From Trichoplax adhaerens (lineage: Eukaryota > Animalia > Placozoa): a DNA stretch of 64,000 bases. Below, one piece after another: positions 1 through 14,352 of the stretch. The stretch is from positions 628,272 through 692,271 of the forward strand of contig NW_002060958.1 in assembly GCF_000150275.1 (NCBI RefSeq), given 5' to 3'. Position 1 is the first letter of the stretch. Each line of letters begins with the position of its first letter. The notes under the pieces are model-generated. The model worked only from the letters and a program-made list of their open reading frames with translations, was not told the origin of the DNA and searched no databases. Made by a program: the position numbers and the translations under genes.

Positions 1-1014
1 TCAATGGTTTGATTTACCCGTTCCCATGCAAGCCTTCAGTTTTAATCTTAGGCTGATTCCGGACTGCACTACAGATACAAATCCTGATTCAGATCTATCT
101 AAAGCCATGTAATCTTCTTTACAGCTTGTGGGAAAAAATTTATAAATTGTGTTGTTTTATTTGTCTTTAATTATAATCAATACACAGACTTAGTACTTCA
201 TTATGAACTGCGATTTGTAAATTTTATTATCTTAAGAAAAGCAATTTTACTAAAGGAGTTCACATTATTATAATTTTCACCGAATGATAACGTAGCATCT
301 GAATAATGTCCTTACTTATGCTTTTATTTCGTTGGTGTAAGATATTATAAAACAACTTGCATGCATAGCACTTAATTAGATGCTTAATATTACTGGTACT
401 AATTTTGAACATTTTATTATTAACTTGCCTCGCTAATAGCCTATAAGCTTGCTATTTCTATTTAATTATACAATAATGTGTAGTTTAGGCCCATACTACA
501 TCTAGTTAGCTCATAATAAGCTTAAAATTAGCATTAAAACAGACTTTACAAATTAAAAGCTTCCTGCAGCTCTATAGAATATTTAATAGCCGGCTGATTC
601 TATAGAATTTATGAAATACTAGCTTCTAAATAACATAAAGCCTAAATCATAACAAAAACCTAGACCAGTAAAAATATGGAAGATTAAATACAGTAACAAA
701 TATGTTGCAGGTGTTACCGTAAATTTTACGTATACAATGAACTAGCTTACGCGTATCAACGTATTTAAAAATCAGATATTTAACTATGGAGGTAAATTTT
801 ATTATAATTTGAGATTGTGTTACGAGTACAGGTGCGATACACAAGTAAGAACTTTGACGTATGAGATGCTGTAATTTTGTTACAGATACGACAGTCAATA
901 AAAATATTACTTCGAAAGTCAAAATATAATTACTTCGATTTAAAGTTAATGAAACGATTATTTTATTTACTTTTAGCTATTTTAACTGTTCGCTAATAAC
1001 GTTCTCATGTAACA

Positions 1015-1390
1015 TGTCACGAAGTGACTTTTCTTATAAAATAGTTATCTCATATTTTCCTCAGATAACATTCCGTTATCCGTGACATATATATATATAC
1101 ATTTAATAGATAACTGCATGATTTTATAGTATTATCTGTAAACTGATAATTAATGTTTATATCGATTTACTATAAATTGAACTATTTTTCAATAAAGTTT
1201 GGGTTCAGTTTGTCGCAGAGGGACAAGTATTGTTACGGTTCCTCCCAACGATAGGAGATCAGTATTTAATTTACTGTAGAGTCGTACTGCTGGTAAGCAT
1301 CAGGGAAGATAAAACTTAGAGTAGATTTCTAGTGTATAATTCCAATAATAGTTTTTAAGTATTTCTCGTTGCAAATTTCGATTTGTAACG
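1015..1390 (+). mobile_element. Solo LTR-like element
   Basis: Starts TGTCAC, ends GTAACG (CA read as mutated to CG). Perfect 5-bp direct repeat TAACA on both flanks. 3' hairpin GTTGCAAAT-ttcg-ATTTGTAAC. Segment ~1140-1390 aligns with ~38240-38468. Confidence 0.65.
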
Positions 1391-4300
1391 TAACATTACT
1401 AGGAAAATTAGATGTTACAACGGTTTCACTTGTTTATCCAAAGTGTAAGTGCTGACAACATATAATACGCCCAGATGCTAACAAATGAATTGCTAACAAT
1501 GCGGTATACCCTGATATCTAATTTCTTTTGAAAGGTAGTGCCGTATAAAATTAAAATCTATACAGAATTACAGCTGCTGTAGTTAAATTTCAGTTCCGGT
1601 GTAGTGAAATATAGAACAGAAAGTAATACTTTTAATTAAGATTGCTTTATTTACTTGCAAAAAAATGTGCTTTATATTCTTATATAACGTCAATGTAAGC
1701 TTCCGCTGTCAAAGCTAGTTCCCAGTTTATTTATTATGTGTGCGAAGAGATCAACAAAATTGCAGATAAGATAAATACACTAAATATAGAATAAAATTAA
1801 TTATGAGAGGCGACTAAAGTAACTAATCAATTCAGAACGGTGCTATTGCTGTCAATCTAAAAAATAGTTCATTTAATAGCCAATTCTTAGAATCAATTGT
1901 AACAGTATGATGATAGAATGTCGATTGGTACATTATGAATTTTGCGATCTTGAAAACTGAAAGTGTGTTAGTGAGGTAATCAGGAGCTATTTTAATAAAG
2001 TTATAATAAGCTTGAAATTATATCACAAAAATGAACGTAGATTCATCTGGAAAGTCTGCTAATATCCTGAGTACTTAGTGTTTAGGTGACAACATTCGGT
2101 TAGGCATGAAATATTGACCACAAGGCATTTCTTGTACAAGAATTAGTCAAATCAAATAGGAAAAGATATTTTATTCATTAATGTATTTAAATTGAAATTA
2201 TGTAGTATGAATAAAAATATTTTGAGTTAAAATTTTAATGTAAAATATTTTAATATGTTAGTTATATTATATAATGTATGAATGTACGACCTGTAATACA
2301 CATACTTACTTGATTATTACTTTTTGCAATAAAGTATAACGTCTTACATCACGAAATTTCATAAACTAACAATAAAGTCTGAACTCTGAGGAAAACATAA
2401 TTGAGAATAACAACAGTTTTTGTTGCTGCAAGGAAGTATTTGTGCTTGCAGCCATGGCAGCAGTGAATATAACAATGCTATAATCATAAATACAATACAG
2501 AATGAATTAGTTACACATAAATGATGCCGACATCAAAAATTTTCTAGATGGATACTGCATTAAATGCCGACTAGAAATTGACAGAATAATTGAAATCTGG
2601 TTCAGTATTATAAGTCATAATCATGTAACAGTTCATCTGCAGAAGATTCATCTTTTCGCACTGGTCATGCCAAATTTGATGAAAACAGAAAAGATCTTGA
2701 TTAATTTATTTTCTATCTATTATTATTATCGAGAATTTTATTTATAGCGCCTCTCACCTCTTATTCTTTCAGCTTATAGGTTAAATTCAAATGGAAAATA
2801 AGTTTAGTTTTAAATATCAATTTTGATGCTTGTTTCCGTAGCTGGTCAGATTGTTCACAGGGTCTTACTGTCACCGTTGTGATCATGTAGTACCAGTATA
2901 ACTAATTTAAGTTCTTGTGCACAGGGCAGCCAACCATGAATTTGACAGGCTAGATCTATTTGACAGTTAAATGCTTATTAGATCCCAGAAAAATCAGTCC
3001 TGAAATTCTCGAAATAAGCTTAATTTTGATAAATTTATTAGCTCCTTTATCACATTTTAAGTTATTCATACCTATATCTTTGGGACAGAATAAACATGTC
3101 GTTATTAGTAATAACTCCTTTGTAATTTAATATTACCTATTGAAAGATGATAACAATGAAATACTGAATGTCGAAATTTAATAATTAATTCTTTTTCTAA
3201 GTTGATACATTAAATAATAGCCAGGCTTAATTTCTATTGCTAAGAGGTAGCTATCAAGGTATGACTAAGTCGTCGTGAACTATTATGACCAGCTGTGGCT
3301 TGATCATATGCTTTTACCGGGTAGTGATACAGTACCATATTAGCTTAGTTGTAAGTACTCAAATGCTACCAGCCGAATCTATTGAGAACCTTTGATATTT
3401 TTACAATGATGATTCACATTATCATTTATGTTACCGGAGGTAATTAGATTATATTTTAATAAGAATAGTTTTGTATATACAATATCTCAAAATCATGATT
3501 GCATACGGGTATTCTACCTTTCGCTTATCCTTAAATGCTTCGTCTAGAATTTAATCAAGTATTGCAGATATTGTTGCTTACGATACTAATGCAACAGAAT
3601 TTCTGTCATGCTTGATTTAACTGATTCTTATCCAAACATACACCCTGCTTATTGTTACGTTTATTAAAATCAGCGAGCCCGATTTAGAATTAAATAAAAC
3701 TTGAAATCAGTTACTCTTCATAAAAAAGGTATTCTTAAAAAAATACTGGTATGTTATTAAATTAATAAAACGGGCTCATAAATAATGTCGTATTAGAATA
3801 TCAAAGTCATTATGAAATTTTTGATAAGTTTTTTAGTTTTGGCAATTATTATTATCATTAATTTTCTTGACTATATAATTATTGCCGTAAAAACGGTATA
3901 TCTATGCCAGCTCATATTACAATATGTATCTGCTATTGCTATTGCCGAAGCATCATCTCAACCATATATTTGTACCAATTGTATATAAGTTATGTTTATT
4001 AGATATCATTGCAATTTAGATGTTTACGACCTAAAAATAATTCCGAAAATAAAATTAAAATGAGGAACAAAAATTTTTAATTAACCAATAAATTGAATAA
4101 TAAAATAATAATGCTTTTGGTATATTCTAAAACAGTCTGTCGCGGTATCTTTGTGTGACGTAATAAAAACTATTACTAGTATTGGGTAGAAAATTTCTTT
4201 CTAATTGAACTACCAGGGAAAAGAAAAACAGAATGAATTCGTGGAATAGTAGCAAACTGACATTATACTGCACAGTCTTGACGTAAACATCTGCTGCACC

Positions 4301-4871
4301 ACAGCAATTCACCATATCGATGTCAAAATATGACACCTGGTTACTAATTAAGATCTATAAATACTAAAGTATATTATTTTATCTTCTCCATAATTATATC
4401 CTTCATTTATGATTCGCTAACAAAGTTTTACTATCTGATTACCTTAAAAAGATTTATTAAATGATTGAAGCGGTCCATGAAAGTTCATTTATACCCCTTC
4501 TGATATTGATTTTCAACTTTGTTTGCAGTTATTTGGATATTGGAATTATCAGTCTATCACCGTCATTCATTCGCATTGCTTTATTACTATACTGATAGGA
4601 GTCTAATTGCTTTATAAAAATCCAGGAATTTTGAAAAAGTGAACTCAAATTAGTCTATGGTAATTATCGATTACGGATATAATATTTTAACAAAAACATA
4701 GAATAACTATTGCAGTAAAATATATCATTCATCACTAGCAGTTCTACTATCAAAATTTTGGAATTTAATACTTCATGTTAAAAGTGTGAAGGCATTCATA
4801 TAAATTATAATCAGCGCTAAAACTGTTAAAATCTCAAGATTACATAACTGTCTACCTACTATTGAATAAGT

Positions 4872-4921
4872 NNNNNNNNNNNNNNNNNNNNNNNNNNNNN
4901 NNNNNNNNNNNNNNNNNNNNN
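4872..4921. other. Assembly gap (50 N)
   Basis: Run of N characters. Confidence 0.99.
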
Positions 4922-6346
4922 GTTCAATATGGAAATAGCTTTCGTCGAGTTACCTTATTCCAAATTTAAGTGTAGAATTTCTGATACGAATTAAAGTGTA
5001 CTGTTCTCATCCTGGTCAGATTACACTGGTAAAATTATTTTAAGTTTATATGTCTGATCTGATATGAAAATAGTAAGCCCTATGAAAGATTTTTGAAAGG
5101 TTATCGGTAGCATTTATAGAAAGGTGTTACAAAATAAGAAATATTGATCTCCCCCTATTTGAAATAATTTACTACAGAGACAGTAGGATAGATATTTATA
5201 TAACACAAGCGTATTAACATGATATCAATTTTCATTCAATTCATACCAATATTATATTTCTTTTCCAAGATGGAATTGTGAATTTTTTAACAGTGGGATT
5301 TCATATTGCTTAAAATTATAAAAGATTATAAGTGTATTAAAATTTTTTGTATATTCGCTCATTTCTTTAGTCTAAGGTTATTCAGTTTAGTTTGAAATAT
5401 AGTTTGTGCTAGAATACCAATTTCGCGATTTGCATACCAAGTGATATCTATATTAGACAAAAAATTTCACTCATATCCAATACGAAATCGCACGTGACCA
5501 ATATTTAAAGGAGGATTTACCATTGAATATTAATCAGATTATAGCCATCATTGAAAATTAATTACTATTTTCATTCCATAAATTATATTTATCATAACTT
5601 ATTAGAGGTAAAGCCTAACCCATACACTGTCTGCTATAGTCGCCTTTAATCGAACAAGATAAATGATTTGACTCTTTACGTTGGTTGCTGTCGCTATCAA
5701 TAATTCAATATTTAGTTAAAGTACACATTTTATCAGAAATATTATCTATCAAAATATATTTACATTTATTTGGATAATTTTCTATGATAAAAATCTATAA
5801 ATAGATCGTGAAGTTGATTAACAACTTTGGTTTTGTTCTGACTAGGTTCAACAATGCCAGTGACCTGAGCAAAGTTTGAAGAATTGTAGCTTTCTATTCC
5901 AGATTCTTTTATATAGGGGTGTTACCTACGCAACCAACCGTTATTAAATCATTTTTTTGATATTTTAATCAAAGTTACGATATTAATAAGTCTACATACC
6001 CTTTTGTCTAAGAAGACACGACAGTTGCTAGAACTATAACTACCAAGTATCGATAGTTTACCTATTGTTTATTTGCATAATATAATTTTTAATGCTATTA
6101 TCTAATCGTTATCACCATTTGTTATTGTTTTCCAAGCGTATAGTATATATCCAACTTGTATCGAATAGGGGCATATTGATTTCTTATTGCATTCTGATAA
6201 CTTTTAAATGAAGTTGTATCTGTTTTTATTTTACTAATTATTGGAAGTTGTGACTTGGAAATTGCGTTTTAAGCTTAATATAATATGGATATAAGAAATA
6301 TTTTGTATTAACTTTCTAACTGATATTGCTGTAAATTTGATTCGCC

Positions 6347-7417
6347 ATGAGTTTCTCGGGTAATAATAGTACCTCTTCACAATTTTCGTTATTTAATCGC
6401 TATACCCTTTCAGCGTACGTATTTATTCCTACCATAATCATTAATCTAGCGTTCGTTATTTTTATTTTATCGAAATCCCAGCTGAGGGTGCCCTCGAATA
6501 TTATTATTTGTAGCAGTTGTATTTCAAGTCTGTTATTTGGTTTCATTATCGTCTTTACCGCTATCGTTAATCAAATTTCTGATAGATCACTTCGTATCAC
6601 ACTATTAACATGCGTTGTTGGAAATCCAACTGAATTGACCTGTGCTGGTATTTTTAATGCACATATTGCTGCAATTAGCTTGGAAAGATTTTTTTCCGTC
6701 GTATATCCATTTAAGTATCAACGTTATGCAAATAAAAAAAGTGCTGTAATTACGTTATTTTTCACTTGGGCTATTCCAATTTGCTCCATATATATTTTAA
6801 TTACTTTGACTTCGCTTAGGCAAGTTGGCCACTGCTATGGCTGGCTTACTATTTCTGAATTGTACTTTATTTTTAACTATGTTTTGGTACCAGCTGTTTT
6901 GTTTTTACCTTCTATCATTACGTTTATTTCATACAGCGTTATACTATGTAAAATCTATGCCATGCAAAGGAAAACTTGGTCGGAGACACGTAATCTTGTT
7001 CTATCTCAGCCATCATCAACTTATCAACTAATGCTACAACACAGAAAAGCGCTAATTCAAATGTTTATGGTGATCGGTATATATGCTATAGCATTTTATC
7101 CTTTTTTCATTTGCTATACTGCCTTACTATCAACGCGAAGATACGTCTTTCTTATACCAACCTACATAACATATTTATTTGCTATTATTTATCTTGGTAT
7201 TCATCCGCTATTAATTGTTTATTTTAACACATTAATTAAAGATGAAGCCAAGAAGTGCTGGAAGAATCTTCGGTTAATATGCAGCAAAAAGAAGAGTACA
7301 TCCTCACGTACGACCGTTTCTCAAGTGGTTATGTTATCATATCCTATACATTCGACTGCTAACGATAAAAAAAATGACTCTTTACCGATGTTTCATCAAA
7401 ATTTTGAGCTGCGATAG
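6347..7417 (+). CDS. Single-exon rhodopsin-like (class A) GPCR, aminergic-like, paralogue 1
   Basis: 356-aa ORF with 7 hydrophobic segments. LRVPSN before TM2, C3.25, ERF at the DRY position followed by YPFKYQR, W4.50, AFYPF in TM6, HPLLI at the NPxxY position, N-terminal sequon NNST. Confidence 0.95.
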   Translation: MSFSGNNSTSSQFSLFNRYTLSAYVFIPTIIINLAFVIFILSKSQLRVPSNIIICSSCISSLLFGFIIVFTAIVNQISDRSLRITLLTCVVGNPTELTCAGIFNAHIAAISLERFFSVVYPFKYQRYANKKSAVITLFFTWAIPICSIYILITLTSLRQVGHCYGWLTISELYFIFNYVLVPAVLFLPSIITFISYSVILCKIYAMQRKTWSETRNLVLSQPSSTYQLMLQHRKALIQMFMVIGIYAIAFYPFFICYTALLSTRRYVFLIPTYITYLFAIIYLGIHPLLIVYFNTLIKDEAKKCWKNLRLICSKKKSTSSRTTVSQVVMLSYPIHSTANDKKNDSLPMFHQNFELR

Positions 7418-8344
7418 ATGAAATTTTACGTTATCTAGATTTATATAATTTTTGATATATGTTTAAGTTTAATTGTAGCAAACAGTAGTATTAAACTATA
7501 AGCTTTACGATTCCTTTTTACGTCGTTTTTTTATTATAATGTAATAATAAATGATATTTTAAAAATTAGTGTATCAGATAACAGCTATAATAACTCAATG
7601 ATTATTATGCAATTATGTTCTTAGATTAATTTTAACTTCTTAATATTAAAACTATTTTTACTACCTTAGTTGATGCTATTGAAATCGATAATAATCGTTG
7701 CAAAATAACTTCATATGTTAACAATTATGATTTTATTGTTAAATATAATATCTTTGCCTGACTTGGTTAGAAAACATTTTTATCCTGTTTTAGTAGGAAA
7801 ATTAAAGCAAATTTACCACTAAGACGTAAATTTAAATATTGATAACTACTAGTATTGACTAAATTTGATGTACGGTAAATCAGTACGCCAAAGATTTATT
7901 ATTGAAAGACATTTTTCATTGTTATAGCTATCGTAATAAAATGTTTTTGAGTCATATTTTCGTTTATTTTATATAAGGCAATATCAAATAAATTCTGAAC
8001 ACTGTTCAATTAAAATACGTGTCAGATAAAATTTCAATTCTTAAGTCTAGTAAAATGATGATGAAGTTTTACCTACAGAAACTGTTATACATGTAGTAGG
8101 AGGGCAGCTTTATTAAGCTTACTGATCGTTATTTGCAATAAAAAGATCATTCTTTGAATCAATTTAAAAGATTCCTTTATCAGTAGAATGGCATTTTTAA
8201 GAAATAAACTTATCAAAAATTAATTATATGACATCGATTTTGACTTATTTAATTATTAATGTAATGAATCTTCAGCTGCCTTTATTTCTGATGATGTCAT
8301 AGACTTACTCACATTGGTGAGATTCATAAAACAGACTGTATGAG

Positions 8345-8904
8345 TATGATGAGGCATAGCTGCTCCGTCGTCTGTAATTGATTATTGTTATTGCCCTAGC
8401 CTCGATTATTAAACTTTTGATGAACACCTATCAATTAGATGTTTAATAATTTGTTCTAGTTGTTTCTATTGAAAAATAATGAGCATTACGAGATAGCCAG
8501 TGCAGCTCATACATAGTGTTTTTACTATACCGTGCTGAGCTTCTGAATGTTAATTGGTTCTTGATTAGTTCGTAACTCATTAGTGTTGTTTACGCAGTCT
8601 GGCAAACTGGACTCTGTAGCCAGTTAGCCCTACAAACTTATATATATATTAGAGTTGGATTGCTAAATTGTGCATTGGTGGTAGCCGACCTTGAGCATAT
8701 TCGTATAGAGGCCGGCGTTCCCATCAGTAGTTGAGTTGACGATGAGCCAACTAACCATGGATGCCAAGAAGAGCTAAATATAAGCTACTTTAAAAATCCT
8801 ATAGCCTAGTCCATCTCTTGTTTACTGAGGACGCACACAGCTGTCGAAGCTCAATCTGAAGATTATCTAGATTTAGTTGTCTTTGTCACGAGCTGTCTGT
8901 GACA
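8345..8904 (+). mobile_element. Solo LTR-like element (diverged)
   Basis: Flanked by direct repeat ATGAG (8340-8344, 8905-8909). Ends in hairpin TGTCAC-gagctgtct-GTGACA like the 58497-58929 element. 5' end reads TA rather than TG. Confidence 0.55.
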
Positions 8905-9940
8905 ATGAGTTTTTAACTTTCAGATCAATAAAATATTAGGTCGTAAGCAAGCGAAGGAGCTGGTCTTCTATGAGAAAAATTTATTAACGAAGGTAGCTCT
9001 TTGATTTTATTGATGACCCATTCTTCAGTAAAGAAAGGATCCTTATTCTTATTGTTGTAAAAAGCGATGAATCTGCTAATGCTATCGATATGATAATAAG
9101 TTTCCGGCACCTGTAGTCTGATAATAACAGCTACTTTGTATCATTGGCTATAAACTTTTTATTACTTGTAGACTATTTCAAATTAACTATAAATTAGCTG
9201 CAGATATTCTAGGCTATACCCCGAGATATCTGTATTCTTCTATCATTAAAGGATGCTCTCATAAAGGTTCATGTTTTTTATAATTTCCTGTGGTATTTGC
9301 TTCTTGTTTCAGATTTGTGAGCAGCGCGGGGCTATTTATACTACTGTTAGATGACTGTGATTATGGGTTCATTTCAATAGGTCAGTTTAAGATTCTTACA
9401 GTACTTTTTACCACAAGATTTCTTCATGTAAAACGAATAGCTCTAAGGTAGCAATTTGTGTAGAGTACTGATTTTTAAAATAGTATTCGTTATATCGCTA
9501 AAAGTGGCTACTGGGCCTTTCAATTTTGATTTGATGTAATAGTGTGATGAAAATTGAATAAACATAGAGTCTTTATAGAGTTTTCTACACAGTCATTTTG
9601 ATTATTACATTTTCTTATAATGGTTGTTATCGACAAAGTAAGCTTTGCTTGTATACGCAAGCGATCCTTAGACACATTATAATGATTGGTCTAGAATTGA
9701 CCACAGTACTAAGGACTTTATACGGCACAGTAGATATCTTACAGTACCTGCTAATCTTAACTTGGTATGTCCATCACGTACATTAGTTATCATAATGTGC
9801 TTTGGACCATTAACTAATCTTAATATAGCATTTCATAGCATTTCATCCGTGAATGCATTATTGAAAAGTAGTATTCTAGAAGCATAGCTGTGAATATTGT
9901 AGTGCCTGGCTATTTCCGGGATATATATAATGTCGAATGA

Positions 9941-10015
9941 TAATACTATCTGTTAATTATTAACAAATGGGTACATTATCGTAAACCGTCAGCAAAGCAA
10001 CGTGAGTTCGTACTA
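9941..10015 (+). mobile_element. Degenerate Helitron-like 3' end
   Basis: cattatcgtaaaccgtcagcaaagcaacgtgagttcgtacta matches the reverse complement of the ends at 16589 and 44477, with a decayed hairpin and terminus. Confidence 0.55.
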
Positions 10016-11741
10016 TTATCTTATAATAATAATGATATTTAAGCTATTAAAACATATCTACGGTTATTATAATACTGAAGTCCTTATTGAAATTTTATGT
10101 GGAAATATTCAATGACGACGTTCACTACGCTATACATTTTCTTTTTAATATGGTGAGTATTTTAGCATCACAAATTCAGTTTTGTTTAACTATACAATTC
10201 TTCTTTATAGAAATTATTAAATGAAAAATTTTAACCGACTAAATTTGAACCATTACTTTTCTTTACTAAAAAATTAATGTATATGACTTTATTTATGCAC
10301 ATATTTAATTCATATACTGTAGATATAAAGATGTTACATCTGCAGGCTAGCTATAAATAAATTAAATCGTTTAATTTTGAATACTATTGTTGATGCATAT
10401 GGCAATAAAAATTATCATTACATTCATAAATCTATTAAATCCTAAAAATTATGCTCGAGAAACTCATTGTGATGAGAGATGGTCAGAGTCAAAAGTACTG
10501 CTCATTATAATTACAAGTGTTGCAAGCCTTAATAAGTTAAAATCAGATTTCAGTCATTTATCGGTAAATTATAATGGTGTGAACTACTAAACAATTGTCA
10601 TGGATATAAAAACTCTTTCTAATCTTTACTTCAAAGATTTATTAGTCTAATTTGAAATTGAGGGGTCTAGTTTCTAATACATCCTGTGCCAGGTGTTGCC
10701 CAAGGTTTTGTTTTGCTGCTTTGTGGTGTTGATTCAGACTCAAGAATCTGAAATAATTTTGTCATCGGTAATAATTTATTTTATTTACTGTGGTGGACAT
10801 TGTGTTACCGACTGCTTTATTTACTAACTTCAGGATCTTCTATATCAGAATTGTAAGGGCAAAAGAAGGTTTATATGAAACTGATTGCTTCTATTTTGAA
10901 AATAGTTTCATAATTTGATTTCTCATCAGATTAAGGATTTAATATCAAAATTGGAAAGAGTATACCGAATAATACGTAACTAGACAGGTTTAATAGATGT
11001 AGATAGTATGCTAGACGACTACAATTAAGATATTTTCTCGCATTTATTCTTTTATTAGTGATTTCAATAATTGAATTATAGCATTAAATTAATTTTTGGA
11101 AGCAATCCTTTTATGTTTAAATTATAGATTACTGATGAATAGCTGATTGAAATTAGTTCCGCAAATAAAGTGAAAATATTATACATTGCAACTAATGCTA
11201 ATTACGGTTCTGTACTTGATTAATCAGAAATTTATTGCATATATGGCACTACTTTGCTAGAGGCTCAAAACTATTTTTTCATTTTCCTTTGTTGCTCATC
11301 AGAAGTTGACTTTTGAATTCTTTTTGGTCAAAGTAGCAGAAATACAATATATGTTTAGAGGCTGCAAATAATTTCTTTTGTACACCTTTGTTTAGAAATA
11401 TATATTAGTATGGTATATTTGAAACGTAACAAATTCATAGTAGTTAGGCCCACCAGTACACAAATGCAAGGCTATTCTTTAAGTAGCAGGAGAAGATATA
11501 GCAAGCATTTTATATTATATCCGTTTAGTAATTAATTTATTATACGCTATAATTAGCTATTAGAATTATAACGACAGATGCTTACAAAACATGTACTATA
11601 GTATTTATTTTAAAGAAACTAATACAAAATTGATCAGCAATTGTTATCTTGCGTAGCTTATGCTTTGGAAACTAGATTAAAATAGAAAATAGGTTCTTTA
11701 ATTCATTTGAAACTGATTTACTTAAAGAACATAAAGTATAT

Positions 11742-12275
11742 TGTGATATATACCAATCACGAGATTCCAAATTTTAGAAAAATAAGGGCTTTATTCAATC
11801 TTATACAAAGATTAACTACATACAGCTCTACTCTAGCCGAATACTACTACTAAAGACTTCTACAACGAACTAATAGAATAATCTAAAGTTGTCTGCTTTT
11901 ATACTTTCCGTAGCATTCGCGGCTACAATCCGCATGTCAACCTTTTACCTTATTTTACACATAGTTAAATTATTCTTAGTAACACTATTCTACTGCGGAC
12001 CATCATTAATCCAATATGGATACGACTACAGTACTTACGTAGACATTATTCACACCAGCCAAAGCACAATGAATTAACCATATCCTAATATATGATTTAC
12101 AGTTCTATTTTTACCTATAGCCATATTAGTAACTCAACAGCTTACTGTATATAGTCATCTGTACTCTAGCATAGAGTCTCTACCAATACAGTCTATAGTT
12201 ATAGCTACCAAATATCTCTTAGGATAAATATCTACCGTACATTATACTACACATGGCTAACAGTCTACAATCACA
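11742..12275. mobile_element. Interspersed repeat family R2 (TGTGAT...ATCACA; solo LTR or MITE), copy 1
   Basis: Aligns end to end with 61825-62376. Inverted termini TGTGAT/ATCACA. Contains ORF 11889-12077. Confidence 0.8.
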
Positions 12276-12290
12276 ATACTAGTTACATTA

Positions 12291-12412
12291 CAGCGAAGTA
12301 GACTTGTGTGACATTGTAAAAGATGACTAATGAGATCGTGTTATAAGTAAATTATGGTCGTAGCTTAAATAAACATTTGTAAACGTCTAAAAGAACTAGC
12401 AAACTCTATCTC
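12291..12412. repeat. Short interspersed repeat, second copy at ~16383-16510
   Basis: cagcgaagtaga(c/t)ttg(t/c)gtgacattgtaaaaga...tataagtaaattat...gtctaaaagaactag occurs at both loci, one on each side of the GPCR at 14353. Confidence 0.7.
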
Positions 12413-14352
12413 AGAGAATACGAGTATACACAATTTGCAATATACTATTACGCGTTGCTGCTGAAATATTCATTGCGTTATAGTACAGTGCAGTAGTTAT
12501 CAGATGGTTGCAATTATTAAAGTAATATGAATCAGTACCGAGCGTCCAGATAAGCGTAAATATCTGGTATTATGTGTTATCAACTGTACCTAATAAACTG
12601 TAGGTGAGCTGGTATATAAGATCGGGCCCATAAATAAAATGTATTTTATTTACAGGGATCTATACTACAGTAACAACTCATCATATTTCCTCTGTTAGAA
12701 AATGGGTAAGTGCTAACTTGTAACAATTCTAAATTTTGGATCTATCTACTTCATTACAGTAAAGTCCTATCTTAAAGCTGTGAAAGAATTTTTTCTTTGT
12801 ATGTATAATTATACTGAAAATTACTGTCTTTAATGAAACTATAATCCGTAGATTCGACGTAAGTACTTTATTGTCGTAAAAGTTTGATTTATGTAGATGC
12901 TTTGATATCATGATATTCTACTGTATTCTATTTTATTTTAAGTAAGCTAAGACCAACCAGTATAATCTTAAACGCCTTAGACTAACTTGGTAAAAACTTG
13001 ATTCGTACTCCACTACTAATCTCAAGCAAATATAATAGATTATTATTACTTTAGTGAAAATGAAAACAGAGATATTTTTAAGTTAGCTAAATTTTAATAG
13101 GACTACGAAAAGCATTTTTCTTATTTGTTGTCGAATGATTACCATTTTATTCACTCTACTTATAATTCATTCTTTGAAAATAAATCTATAATAACAAGTA
13201 TTCATTGCATTATTTAGAAATAGGTTTATGCAAAAACCTTGCTAGTATAATAATATCCTCCTATTTATAATAAAAGGCATAACATTGCATGAAAATAATG
13301 TTTAGATAACATCTGCAAAGACAGCTATTAAGTAAAATCACAAAGAAAACGAGTAAAATAAAAGATGACAATAGCCAAATAAAAAGGAAATTAAATTTCA
13401 TTTGGTGATAAATATTATGGCTATTATATATTTTCCTTTCAATGCACATTTATAATTATATAATGCATGACATGGATTGTAATATTGACCGCGTAGTCTC
13501 TTATTAATTATTGTGTTAGATTAGATAGAAGTTAACCATATGTTAGGCATCATTTATAAACTAATCGCTATATTAACCTTTTATTAGACCTTACAGAGAA
13601 GTCTGAACTACAACAAAACTTATTTCATGAACTATTTCTTCTTTGAAATCTAATTTTATTTCATTCTGAGCATTAAATTAGATTTTACGATCAAGAACTT
13701 AATCTATAAAAGCCATTCATCAAAAAGTTAGGAATGAGTGACTAATCAAGCCGCGATAAGTTTATCTTAATTTTATTGCCTTTATTATTGTCAATATCTC
13801 TATTTTAAGCTAAAAAATACTTAAAGATTTATTTTTCTTTTCTATTAACTACATTATTAATGTTTATTAATACTAAAATATTAACTTAGATGACGACTCC
13901 TAGAAACGATAAAATTGGATTTTGGAATTACTTCTCTCTTGTATAAACTGTCAACATATTTATTATCATCCGAACCCTGTATCCTGACATTTAATCTAAT
14001 CAAACAGCTCGTTTCCAGTTTTCTTTGTACTAATAAAATATAATTAATAGTACAGTGCCATATTTTGATTAAAAGTTTTAACAGTTAAATTCTTATAAAT
14101 CTCATCGTTAATTATAAATCATAATATACTAATTAGCATTTATTCTATCATTCTCAACAAGACTCATTTTTAAGCATTAAGATCACTTATTGGCAATCTC
14201 TTATTCCATATCTAACCATAAATTATTTATTATAAGTAAGACTAATATTTACGATTAAAATCATACGTACGTAATATTTTATTCTATAACTTGCTCCACA
14301 TCATCCATTCCCCTGTAAATAGAACGATATATTGATCGAATAAGACGACTTT

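Noticed and set aside
647-922. 91-aa minus-strand ORF and similar 60-110 aa ORFs in the track (e.g. 8925, 9598, 10387, 12729, 13261, 21796, 24404, 30208, 30454, 51117)
   Set aside because: No recognisable motifs, often non-ATG starts; expected by chance in AT-rich DNA.
4127-4336. Minus-strand ORF with an intron-like interior (GTCAGT...polypyrimidine TAG)
   Set aside because: Splicing it gives an almost immediate stop; no coherent gene model.
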